A stretch of 62,252 bases of DNA, counting the filler, from Rhabdomonas costata (taxonomy: Eukaryota): the NCBI GenBank assembly GCA_019059605.1. It is 35 parts of 35 records of this genome, joined end to end, with 100 filler letters (N's around TTAATTAATTAA, not from the genome) between each part and the next. Parts side by side here need not be neighbours in the genome. Positions count along the whole stretch, not along the records: positions 23,187 to 24,867 come from JAHMHO010010744.1; positions 24,968 to 26,648 come from JAHMHO010010745.1; positions 26,749 to 28,430 come from JAHMHO010010746.1; positions 28,531 to 30,211 come from JAHMHO010010747.1; positions 30,312 to 31,991 come from JAHMHO010010748.1; positions 32,092 to 33,772 come from JAHMHO010010749.1; positions 33,873 to 35,553 come from JAHMHO010010750.1; positions 35,654 to 37,334 come from JAHMHO010010751.1; 27 more parts are not named here. One strand, given 5' to 3'. Below are positions 24,698 through 36,591 of this stretch, piece after piece. A model generated the notes under the pieces. It did no database searches and was not told where the DNA came from. It saw nothing but the letters and a program-made list of their open reading frames with translations. A program made the translations under genes and the position numbers. Numbering within the stretch: the stretch's first letter is position 1; each line of letters starts with the position of its first letter.

Positions 24698-25410
24698 GTG
24701 GAGTGTGTGGTTAAGGATGGGCTGTTCTCGCAGTCACGCCCTCTTACGGTCTTTCGCTGTTTCATTGCACTGGTCACAAACTTAGAGCCATGTGTGTGTA
24801 CTTGTGTGTGCTGTTCCCCTTCTTTTGTTCTAGGGAAGACTAGAGCAAAAGAAGGGGAACACCACCCNNNNNNNNNNNNNNNNNNNNNNNNNNNNNNNNN
24901 NNNNNNNNNNNTTAATTAATTAANNNNNNNNNNNNNNNNNNNNNNNNNNNNNNNNNNNNNNNNNNNNGGTTGTGGTGTGTCTGCTTTCCGTTTAGTGCTT
25001 CGCCATCCACTCGACTGACCCGAAACCTTTTCACGCCAGCGTCACTTTTGACCATTTCCACCATGGGGTTTCACTGCAGCTGCGCATGGGCTTCCAATAT
25101 ATGGAATTCCAATAGAGGATCACTGGGAGTGTAAGCAGGTGGTTCGCCCTTCCCTGGATGTTGGTTCGCAGTTCCAAGTGAGTTCATGCCTCTTTCTGAC
25201 TCTCGGAAGAGAGGATTCCAATAGAGCAGAAGAGGGAAGCACATCGGCACAGCCTGACCCTTGCAAGCTGTTGCTTCTGTTGTGTTGCGCTGCGCCCCAG
25301 TCACTCCTTAATTGAAGTGAAAGCTCCCATGTTTCCTCGCATGACCTCATTTCGGCAAACGAGTGCGCCTCACGCCTCTGGGCTCAAGCCTTTTTTTAAC
25401 TCCCGCTCAG

Positions 25411-26625
25411 GATGAGCTGAAGAGGCTCCTTCCTGGCCTGAGCCAGGCCATCCTCATTGGCGACCGCCGCAAGTTCCTCGTGGTGCTGGTCACTCTGAAG
25501 ACCCGCCCAGACCCCACCACCGGGGCCTTCACGGGGGAGCTCATCGATGATGCCCGAGAAGTCTCCCCGGGTGTCACCACGGTGGCGCAGGCCCAGCAGG
25601 ACCCCCGGTGGCAGCAGTACATTGGCCACGGCCTCCACGCATACAACTCAGGGTTTTGCCCTTATCTCCCTTTCACCCTCACTTTCGCTCTTGCCTGGTA
25701 ATTGTGTTCGGAAACGCGGTGGGTCGGCGTGGGTTCGGATGACATTAAACGCAATGCTTTGCCTCTGTTAGAGGGTCAGATGTTCTTGATGCAGCATCAG
25801 CGTCTTGCACTCTGACACATTTTCAAGCACCTTCAAATTGGATGAGGGCATTGAGGGCCATTTTTTTATGATGGTCGCCAGATTCATTCCTGTCGACTGG
25901 ACTGCACACCAGCACCAACCCAACCTGTTTCTTCCAAGCCTGCCCCACGCTTGCCGGAGAGATTGATGTCACGACGGGAATATGCTTTTCTACAGCTGCC
26001 TCTACCTTACCACTTTTTCTGAGCTCTCTCACGTTCGGTTGCGCAGGACATGCGTCTCCAATGCCCAGAAGATCCAGAAGTTTGCCGTGCTGCCCACGGA
26101 CTTCTCGGTTGCGAGTGGCGAGTTGACCGGTATGGAGAATGGCGCGGTTTCAGAGGCTCTCAAGAGGGGGATGAGGGGGAAGGGGATGAGGAGAGAACTG
26201 GGCTCCGCTTAGTATATGGATGGGAATGGTTGGGTTGTTTGCCTTTTTTTGTTGGATACCCCCTGGCTGAAACCCGGCTGGCTGAAATGCGTTTTCCGGG
26301 TTTGGCGGTTGCTCTTTCATCTCACTCAAGCAATCTCAGTGGTATAGAGGAAGAGTAGGTCACGTTCTTAGTGAAAGGGGAACTTTGTGGGGCTTTTGCC
26401 TAAACACCCTGCTCGACATCCGAAATGGGCGAGATATGTGCAGTCAGGTTTCGAGTAGGATGCCTTTTTCCTGAAAGCAATGCCCCGTCTGTTCAGGCAA
26501 GTGTAGAAAGAAGGATTCTCCTCAATGCTTTTCTTCCAGCCACGATGAAGCTTCGCCGCTCCGTGGTGTGTGAGAAGTATGCCAGCCTCATCGATAGCCT
26601 GTACGCTGGATCGGCCAGTGCGTAA
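25411..26625 (+). CDS. Long-chain acyl-CoA ligase, bubblegum/ACSBG-type, C-terminal three exons
   Basis: Exons 25411-25652, 26047-26129 and 26540-26625(TAA). Motifs [49 protein letters not shown] and YASLIDSLY. Confidence 0.92.
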
Positions 26626-26748
26626 GGCACAGTGGCCCCACCCCACACNNNNNNNNNNNNNNNNNNNNNNNNNNNNNNNNNNNNNNNNNNNNTTAATTAA
26701 TTAANNNNNNNNNNNNNNNNNNNNNNNNNNNNNNNNNNNNNNNNNNNN

Positions 26749-28430
26749 GGGGGTGTTGTGGTCGCTAGTTGGAGTTGGATGGTGTGCAGTGGGTTCGGGT
26801 GTCGTAGGTGTGTGGGTGCGCGGTAGCGATTGTGATGTGTTAGTGCTGTGGTATGCTGGGTTTCTGAGTTCTGTGTCTGGGGTCTGTGTTCGGAGTTGGG
26901 GTTACGGTTTCTATCGCTACGCATCTAGTTCTTTTACATGTGTATACGGATTTGGTTGGACTTTGGTGGAGCGTGGTGTTGAGCTGGTGCGGTTGGGTTG
27001 CTGGGTGTGTTTTGGGGTGTAGGTATTGTCGGCTAGGCTGGTCTGGAAAGATTGGGGCTGGGTGTGTGTTTGGCAGAGTGTGCAGGTGTTTTCTACGGTG
27101 CTTGTGTATGGAAAGTTGCTAATGTTGGGTTCGCGGACATGCGGTGGTGCTAGGTGTCGAAGGGTGTGTTGCAGCGTTGTAGCTTTGGGCGTGTGTTGCG
27201 GTGGTACTTGGTGCTCGATGTGAGCTTGCATTTCGATGTGTCTTTATGGGTGTGGTGTTGCGGTATTGTGCTATTTGTGACTCCGTTGTTGTGTCTAGGT
27301 TAGCGCTGGTGGTTGCATGTGGTGGGGTAGGTGGGTCAATGTGTTTCCCAATGTGTTACAAGTGGTGTCATGGCGTGGTATGTGGCTTCTTGTGTGCACG
27401 TTATTCGTAGTGGATTGGCGTTGGTGAATTGGGTGTAGCATGGTGTTTACATCTGTGTCCATATGTGGTTGGTGTTCGTGCTTCATGCGTTATGTGTGGC
27501 TTCGTTCTGTGCGTTAGGGGTCGTGTGTGGTATGCCATTGGGAGAATTGGTGTGGTTGTGGCTTGGTGTTTGTGTTGCTTTGTTGCTGTAGGTTGGCCTC
27601 CATATATGTATGTGTGTACGTGTCGTTCTCCGTATCCTTTGCCTAGTAGTGCGCGTTCTCGTAGTTTGCTGCTGTGTGTTAGTGCGTGTCGTTTTTTCCT
27701 TCCTGTACGGCTTTGCGCTTCCATGTGAGTATCCATGGGTTTGGTATGGCATTCAGTGTGTTGGCCTTTAATTCGTTTGCGTGTGAGTTCTTCTTGTATT
27801 CTAGTGTAGGGTATGTTGTATGGTTATGTGTATGCGGTAGGTGTATGAGTAGGTGTAGGTGTAGGGGTGGTTGTTGTTGTTGGAGGAGGAGTTGTCTGGT
27901 TCTGTGTCTGTGTCTGTGTCTGTAATTGTGTCAGCCCTCAAAACAACACGAAGCCCTCACAGACACGCTCAAATGAGCACATATACACACCGCAACCATT
28001 GACAGAAAAACACACACAATCACTGTAAGAGAGAACGGTAGCAAGAACACACAAAGCACACAAGAAGCACTTGAGACATCAACTCACACAGAAGCATAAA
28101 CCCAGTACTTGAAACACAAACACCATCAGACTTCAGAACCACCACAGAAGCATGAAACAACCACTACAAACAGAGAGCATTGCAACAGACACAACCACTA
28201 CAGAAGCACTTACACACACAGAAACAGACACACAAGCACCAACACTAACACCCTCACCCAGAGACCCTCAGACCGTAACACCATGAACCCACCAACACAC
28301 AAGCATTAACAAGCACTAACACGAATCCTCACACAGAAGCAATATAAAAGCACAGTCCCCAGTGGTCACCACAAACCAGTCAACCAGTCACCCAGGCAAC
28401 AGCCAGCACGCAATGCGCCCAACACACACC
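26749..28430. other. Low-complexity contig with a G/T-rich left arm and a C/A-rich right arm
   Basis: Strand composition flips abruptly near 27930. ORFs are compositional only (V/C/G or T/H-rich). Confidence 0.7.
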
Positions 28431-29102
28431 NNNNNNNNNNNNNNNNNNNNNNNNNNNNNNNNNNNNNNNNNNNNTTAATTAATTAANNNNNNNNNNNNNN
28501 NNNNNNNNNNNNNNNNNNNNNNNNNNNNNNTACTGCGATGGGCTGCCGAAGATGCGCCAAGAGATGCGTCTTGGGGAACAGATCATCAGTCGCGCCAATC
28601 CTTTTTGCAGAGAGTGGTGTCAAACGGACACATAATACCGTCCACATACTTAGGAGACTGGAACCTTTGTGTACACAGGGGTACACATCCACTCCCACAC
28701 CGACGTACACGATGACTTCCTAAGCGGCTTAATCGCCATCGCCATCTTCATCTATAAGGGCAGACCGAAATTCGGCGAGTATGCGCGACCTGGGAATTGT
28801 AGTCTGTGGGAGGCGCAGGGAGCGGTGTCCAAAGATCGCTCCTCGGGCTCCTCAGTCTCTAAAGAGTGCAGCCTACGACACGATTTCGTTCGACGCCAGA
28901 TGAAGCGACCTTGTGCCTTGAGTGGGCCTTCAGATCATATTCGATTACGAAATAAAGAACTGTGAACACAACGAAGCAAATTGTGAACAGTATTGTGTGT
29001 CAGATACGTGGTGACGTAACCCTGTTAAAAAGATTACGAAATAAAGGATACATATGTGCGCACACATACACACTTTCTCTTCTTTTGGTTCCCCTCCCGC
29101 AG

Positions 29103-29402
29103 GGCTTCAGCTGCTTCATTGTGGTCCCCGCTGTCCCCGCTATGGTGGAGGGCTCGCGGGACGCGGGCGCAGGTGCCACGGCGGTGCGGGTCGCCGCCAG
29201 CCTGGGCGCCAGCTCGTACTTCTTCGGGGAAATCGCAGGCCCCTTGCTGGGCACCGCGCTGACCTCTGTGATAGGCTTCCCTGGGGCAATGATGGCGATC
29301 GGGGCTTTGGTCTGCCTTTGGGGAGCCGTGCATGCCCTGGCCACGGGCTGGGGGGAGGTTGTCGGGTTGTGGGTGGACCACCATGGGAAGGACGACGGCT
29401 AG
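29103..29402 (+). CDS. MFS transporter, last exon
   Basis: Pyrimidine tract and CAG acceptor, then …SSYFFGEIAGPLLGTALTSVIGFPGAMMAIGALVCLWG…TAG, typical of MFS TM11-12. Confidence 0.75.
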   Translation, partial: GFSCFIVVPAVPAMVEGSRDAGAGATAVRVAASLGASSYFFGEIAGPLLGTALTSVIGFPGAMMAIGALVCLWGAVHALATGWGEVVGLWVDHHGKDDG

Positions 29403-32400
29403 AGGGACCTGGCAGTGGATCAGCGGATCGATTTCTTTATAGTTTTACATAACTCGCAGGGTGGGAGTGAAGGGACCTGTCGAAAGATCTCACTGCGCAA
29501 GAGCCTGCGAGCTCTGACTCCCTTTAATGCCTCTCGCTGCAACACTGGATATTGGGGGCTGGAATACGCTGAAAAGTCCGCGGCACGTTCCACATCTCAT
29601 GGGATCGTTTTCCCATATAGTGAGTTAAATAACATGCTGTGGGGACGTCGTGCGACTGAGAACGATGCTTGGTTGATGTGCGACGCTATCGTAGGACGCA
29701 CCACGTGTGACTTTGCTACCCGCATGGTACCGTGCAACGCGGATCGCTGGCCACCCACGCTAGCGATGAAAACGGTGAGAATCTCTTGCGTCTACATAAC
29801 CGCTTCACATTTTCAGTCACACTCAAATAGCCGTCTCATTGGAATTCTGGGAACAGCCTCTGCATCGCCGTGTGTGGTACCTCTTTCCTTGCTGTTTCCC
29901 TTTGTCAAATCGGCACAAGAAAGTCTCTTGTACACGATCCAATAGACTTCATTCTGGAAGCACCGTCTGCTCTGCTCCTGGGTGTAGGTGCGTCCTGCCC
30001 GACTTTACATGACTTTTCTTCAGTGTGCTGCTGTGTCTTCTTTCTCTCCTCTCTTTCTCTCATCACTTCTTCCCTTTCATCCCTTTCCCCCTCTCGTTTT
30101 TCGGTTTCCCTTCACCCCACCCTTCGTTCGTCAGCGTGTGTTTCCACTTTCCAATTGTTTCAAGGATGGACACCCCCTGTGCCCCCACACACCCTAAACT
30201 CACCCAACACANNNNNNNNNNNNNNNNNNNNNNNNNNNNNNNNNNNNNNNNNNNNTTAATTAATTAANNNNNNNNNNNNNNNNNNNNNNNNNNNNNNNNN
30301 NNNNNNNNNNNGTTTTTTTTGTTTTTTGTATTAGTTCTTCTCGATATGTTAACTAACACGAGTGATGATAACGGATGACCTATGTTTCGTCAAAAGACAA
30401 GGAAGTCCTCAGTCGCAATTCCAGAGGCACTTACCTGCCCAACGCACCCCTCCGCGCACTGGTGGCGAACTAGCCTTCACCAGTAAAACAATTCTATCCC
30501 ATCCCATTGCTACTTCCCATCCGGTGCCTAGCAGCATGCAACATGCAACATGCAACATGCGGTATTGGCCGTCTGTGGTAGTCAGGAATTTTCAGCGGCG
30601 GATATGCGCAACGCCCCGAAACAGCTGTAATGCTTGCGCAAACGCAGAGACACCTTGGCAAGCACCCGGCCATAATTGTGAGAAACAAATTTTGGTATCT
30701 TGCTGTCTGCGGCCAAACCGGTAAAATTAAGGAGGAAAACAACCGCCATCCCCCAATTGGCGCGACACGCAGATGTGTTGAAAGGCGTGTGTTTGTTTTG
30801 GAACGATAATTGTCAAAACTTGCGAAAGTCTTACGTCATAAAACCCCCGAACCCAAAGATTCGAATCTCAGTGGAAGCAATCTTTTATTGCTTTAATGCT
30901 CTGATCAATAATGTAAAATTATACAATAGTCCGGGTTCGGACGGCACTTGTAGAAAGCCAGTATTGATCAAACCAATTGTCCCACGGTACGTATTGTACC
31001 CTTGAACCCAAAAATTCCAATGCGTTTTGCCGGTTGAAGATAAATTTTTTGGAATCCTTTCCCATTTCCAGAGCAAATCGCCGTAAAAGATGAGAATACG
31101 CGGTCTGCGTCGGCCGTGTCCAAACATATAAAAGCACGAATGGTTTCAGCGGCGTCTCTGTGCGGAGTCCCGCCGCTGCCAGGCGCCAAGCGCCACCCGT
31201 TACCTGTTACATCCACCTTTTCCACGCGTTTAGGGTCCTTCAATCCAAATGCCATTTAAAAAAACGGCGCACCAGGACACCGCGAACCATTGGTTCCCTT
31301 TGCTAGCACGGTACATGCCCACTGCTGTTCAGCTCCAGCCGCAATTACCTTCCGCAGAAAATCCGTAACAAACAAAAAGAGAAAGCGAGATCCGATTGCG
31401 CAGAGAAAAGCCTTCATGAAGAGAAGGTTACGCAGCATAGGATTCCAATCTGAAATATAGCGCATGAGGAAGAGGAATGGCGCAGGACTAGAGTGATAGC
31501 TATGCCGTTGAGTTGCCGGGCGCGCAAAGCTGAGCAACGAACGAATTGGACCCGAAGGTTTCACATAACTAGCCCAATATCCCGGGGAAAACAAGCCCTT
31601 GATGGACCGCGCTGTCGAAAAACGGCCTTTGGCGGGTTCTGGAAGCCTTCCGCTTCCAACGACGTTCCTGCCAGTCTCTTGCAAAGTGCCATTGGTTCCC
31701 TCTTCTTCGACAAGAAGCGGGGCTGGAAGAAAGGCTAAAGAACAACCCGCCGGGAGCGGAGCAGATGAGATGCAGCCCTTATTCAGTTCAAGTTAGCGCA
31801 AAGAAAATTTGAATCCAGGGCAAAAAAAACAAAGATATAGTTTTTTGTGGGCTAACTTTTTCACCTTTTCAAAGATTTCCCGTGTCCTTGTTGAAAACGC
31901 ATTAAACGTACCCGCGGGGAACCCTCCTAGGCGGTCTCAACATCTGCATCAAGTAGGACAGACAAAAAGAAACCTTCATATAACACCACAANNNNNNNNN
32001 NNNNNNNNNNNNNNNNNNNNNNNNNNNNNNNNNNNTTAATTAATTAANNNNNNNNNNNNNNNNNNNNNNNNNNNNNNNNNNNNNNNNNNNNGTGTTTTTG
32101 TGAAGACTGCACACCTGCGTGTCTGGTTGTACTCAGCAACAAACAGACACGCAGGTGTGCAGTCTTCACAAAAAAGCACAATGGCTGTTTCACGACAGTT
32201 ATGCACGATACACGAAATGTTTAGGCTCTCGAGGTGCACAACTATTCACCAATGTAACGAATTGAAGGCAGCACCGCGATTATGTTCAAGTCTGCACGAC
32301 GCAAGGCAAGGGCAGGGGCAGAGGTTATACAATGTGGGACGGAGTATATGGTCGTTTGCAATACCAGCAGCCATTGCAGATTTCGGTTGTGGGACATGAT

Positions 32401-32662
32401 CAGTTGATGTACTTTCGGTAAGAGTAAAAAGACAATAAACCGTTACTCAACCGAACTTTCGCCGTGCGCGTGCAAATGGAGCACGCGTACAACGTAAGCA
32501 CAATGTAACGAAAACGCGGCAACGGTCATCCATTGGTAATCGTCCGGCGTCGATTCTTTAGCACAGAGAACACTCTGCACGGTGAAAGATACCCACGATC
32601 CGAAAGTGCCGGGCAGAAGGGGGAGGGGAGAGGCAGAGGGAAGGGGTAGGGTGCGCGTCCAC

Positions 32663-33130
32663 CTTTCACGTCCGAGTGCAAGATGTCGATGCTGTGCAGG
32701 AAGTCAAGGGCCCGGAGGATGTGTTCGGTATACCTCCTGTGAAGTTTGTGGCAAGCATGGACCTATCCGTCAAAAGACTTGGGACAGTAGCTTGCGTTTC
32801 AGACCGTATACGGAGTGATACCTAAGTTGCCAGTCAGTTGCTGCTGGTTGCATGGCAAACCAAAATTCAGAGAAAGATGACTCTGGACGCTGGGCTCTCA
32901 ATAAGGCTAGAACCACCATCCGGAATTCAGCTAACCACACACACCGCAAAGAAACACAGGCTGTACCGCATGGAATCTGGCTTCAAGGGGCCACGAGCCT
33001 TTACGATCGAAGCAAGGCTGCCCCCGGAAATGCACTGCATGGCCAGATAGCTATAGTCTCCCTCGTCGTACAGCCAATGCACCTTGACAATGAACTTGCA
33101 CTCCACGCACTTGGACAACAAATGAAACTC
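32663..33130 (-). CDS. Protein kinase, STE/MAP3K-like, subdomains III-VIb (partial)
   Basis: Exons 33130-32967 and 32736-32663 give EFHLLSKC..FIVKVHWLYDEGDYSYLAMQCISGGSLASIVKARGPL....RRYTEHILRALDFLHSIDILHSDVK. Confidence 0.8.
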
Positions 33131-33872
33131 CTGCCACAAAGCGCGAAGGGACTCGCACTCACTCACTCAAGAAAGGCGCTGAACTCATGCCCCGTGAGGG
33201 ATTTGGTGGGTTCCTGTATTTTTCAAAGGGTTCTGTGTGCTTATACCGCCGGAATACGTCCAGGGGGTTTGCATATGCAATGAAGAGATGCTGTTAACTG
33301 AGAAATAGCGAGATTCCAAATGGGGTCACGGTCCATACAAAATACCGCCAACGCAAGCATCAGATGCGACGCGTCTCAGCCGCTCCCAAGAAAAACAAGA
33401 CTGAGCAATTGCTGCTCTGAAACCTACATCATGATTGAGGGACGTGAACCAATGGTAGTGAGGGGGGCAGTACAAGTTCACAAGTTGCACAGAAAAGACC
33501 CTGATCGCGGTGTCTGAGGGCTTCATCTTCAACGCAAAGGCGGGAATGACTCGAACTGGTCCGCGGGCATCCTCGGGGCAGTTCCCTGCATTCCAGAACT
33601 GGCGCATATGCTCAGAATAACGCACAGCCGAGGTGAAGGTCGTGTGCGACGAACCTGAAAATAATCCGAAAACAATGACCCTTTTGGAAAGCGGAATGAG
33701 ACTCTGAAACGGGCGAAAGTCAGGCTAAACTAGTAGAAGTGGCGCAGAGCAGAGCAATCAACACCACCACCCNNNNNNNNNNNNNNNNNNNNNNNNNNNN
33801 NNNNNNNNNNNNNNNNTTAATTAATTAANNNNNNNNNNNNNNNNNNNNNNNNNNNNNNNNNNNNNNNNNNNN

Positions 33873-35553
33873 GTTTTTGAAGCGGTATGAAAGGAAGCGC
33901 TTTAGCTGTACGGTTTGCTGTTTGTTGTGAAAACATTTCGCTTGCAGCCAGGTTGCCTATCTTAATGGGGACACCACAACGTTTATTGTTGCCTCATTTT
34001 CAACATTTGGTAAATTTGTTGCGACAAACATAAATGGTGTTCTTTGTTGGCAATACTAGAAGAAATGGCGTGAAGTTTTTGCAAGCGTGTGCTAGAGAAT
34101 GAGAGAATGTATTACAGTAACACGTTTGGCGTCATTAACTTCGCCTCAGTCGTTAAACACGAGCTGCGGTTGATTTGTGCTCAATCGACCGTATAGTACA
34201 TTCCACAACACCCACCATTTCAATGTGGCGACGCATCCGCATTGATTTATCTTGTTTTTACTGTAGACTGACTCTTTTTGATACCAAAATCTGAGTTCGT
34301 AGACGCCACAATGCAGATGAATGACTGGCTTTTGGCGTTTGGAGCACCTGAGTCAACCATGCCATGTTGGTGCGCATTCATGTTGAGCAAATCAATTCTT
34401 TCTTAGAGCCACCAATTTTCTTTCTGAAGCATGCGGAGTGCTTTATCATATGGCATGCTTCGTGCTGTCTGATAAATGCTGCTTGCAAAGCGCTTTTCCA
34501 GTAACACGCGTTAATGACTCTGCTCTTTATGCCAGTAAAATTTGGAGCAAAGGCACACTTTGATTTGCTGGAATCGGAAGTTTTGTACTAGTTCATCATT
34601 TTAGAGGTTGTTGGTTAATCAGGCTACAAACTGTTTCATTTAACGTCACAGATTCAGTTAAATGCTGCAAATTGGAGTATTACGACAGTTGAGCACTATG
34701 TTTGATTGCAATGAGAGATAGTGAAGTTGCATGTGAGTGTTTTGTTTGAGTCTGATTGACACATCAAACTCATCAATTCAACCATTTGATTAACTATTTG
34801 AAGATACAAAGCTTACTATTTTTACGGTTGCAGAAGCAATTCGGATGTAATTATCATCCATCTCACACTTCATTTCTTCTTCCGCAGATGTAGATAACAA
34901 ATCAAACTCTGCTCAGTAAACTTTTTCTATGGCAAATGCTGAAATTATGTAAAATATACAAGCAGCAAGGCTGTTATGCAAATACAATGCACACCACATA
35001 GCCGTATGTTTAGATATTGCCAGCAAAGAATATGTGGTCATTAAATCCGGAAACAGTGTGATCATTTTAACGTACGCGCCTTTGCAGCAACTACCGGTAT
35101 GTATGGCCGCATTGCACCGCATCACATCTAAGTTGTTCAATCACATAATTGTGAACCACATCGCGAAACAGTCGTATTGTGTGTGGCGCATATGCTGCTG
35201 GAGTACATTTCGACACACCAGGTGTGCGTTCACAAACGCCGGTGAGTGTTCTATACTAATCTGGGTTTGTATCACTTTTAGTTGGAAAGGCTTCGAAATC
35301 CATGCCTCTCCTGATGATTCAGAGCACCTAACCCATAATTCCCTTATCGACCATGAAGCTTACAATACACTGGAGTTCAGCGAACTGCATGATGAATTTT
35401 CCGTGTTGAACGCTCCGAAAAGGAAAATACTTCTCATGCATATCTCCACATATTTCACTTTCAAGCAATTTTGTCTTGCACCATTCACGTTGTCATCTAT
35501 TATTTTAGGAGTTCAAGGCGGATGCTCCGTATCTGCATCATCACCCACAACAC
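33873..35553 (-). pseudogene. AT-richer decayed coding-like sequence, possibly a DNA-transposase relic
   Basis: Lower GC than other contigs, no exon/intron texture, and protein-like stretches broken by stops and frameshifts (EKYFPFRS…, DKALRMLQKE…). Family not securely identified. Confidence 0.25.
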
Positions 35554-35805
35554 NNNNNNNNNNNNNNNNNNNNNNNNNNNNNNNNNNNNNNNNNNNNTTA
35601 ATTAATTAANNNNNNNNNNNNNNNNNNNNNNNNNNNNNNNNNNNNNNNNNNNNGGGTGGGGTTAAAGGCAATCGCCTGCTGGGCACCAGGGCTATTGGCC
35701 ACACCCGTGCTCGTGGGAGGCACCTTCGAAGGGACGTTCCAAATGCGGTAACCTCATTGATGCCCAGTGCGGGGATATGGGTGAGATTCGACAGTGAAGG
35801 AACCT

Positions 35806-36591
35806 TGGGGCTTCGCTTGACTGTGCAGGTGGAGGTCTGCGTGCGCTGGGTGTGGAGCATCTCCCCTTCGCCCGCCGTGGCATCGCAGCTCCTGCCCTCG
35901 TGCCCGACCGAGCCACGGCTGCCGCTGCTGCTTTCACCACTGCTACCACTCCCACTGAGCGAATTTGGAGGGCAAGACCAGCCCATAGTACGCAAGGAGG
36001 GTACGAACCGTGGACACCACGGGGTAGCGGGAGCGAAGGAATGAATACAAAATGGAAAACAACGGGCATTGCCAAAAAAAAGCTTCGTTCACCATATTAC
36101 AATTTAATGGACTAAGTGGAAAGGCAATACAACAAGATTTCTGCGGTATTGCGGATTTTTCGAAGAAAAAAATCCAGGCGGTGTCCCAGATCATGGGTCC
36201 TAAACCCCTCCCGGGGAGCAACGCGGTTCACCTCCTTGCCATCAGAGGACAACGCAACCCTGATGCCCACCATCTAATTCATATGTGGTTCAAAACCTCG
36301 ATGGTCTATGTTGGATGGAATCAAGTCATTATAGACCAATGCTTGACCTCCAAATCCGCTACCACTGCCGCTACCGCTACTACTACTGCTGCTGGCTGCG
36401 GAGCCCCCGGCAGTGGCCGCGGCACGGTGAGTGTTGAACTCCACCGTGGCACTGTTCTCGGGGTGTTCCAGGTCCACAATGTGGGCCTGCGACAGCCCTG
36501 CGGAGAAGGCCTTCTCCAGTGTGTCCTCCACCTCTGCTGGGTAGGGCTTCCACTCTGAGCTGGACTGCTCTAGCCACATCCACCGCACCAG
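35806..36591 (-). CDS. WWE-domain protein (partial, two exons)
   Basis: Exon from 36591: VRWMWLEQSSSEWKPYPAEVEDTLEKAF…ATVEFN. Downstream exon (~35956-35806) supplies GEMLHTQRTQTSTCTVKR, matching the WWE C-terminal 'M.Q.....tg..r.VkR'. A Ser/Gly-rich linker lies between. Confidence 0.7.
35957..36360 (-). other. Candidate non-conventional stem-loop intron
   Basis: Ends pair as RNA (AGCGGAUUUGGAGGUCAAG / CUUGCCCUCCAAAUUCGCU, extending ~13 more pairs). Removal restores the WWE frame. No plausible GT-AG pair near the junctions does so. Confidence 0.65.

Noticed and set aside
26753-27925. Hydrophobic ORFs as mitochondrial membrane proteins
   Set aside because: No cox, cob or nad motifs. The composition is explained by G/T bias.
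30312-31991. Overlapping ORFs on both strands
   Set aside because: No recognisable motif or consistent exon structure.
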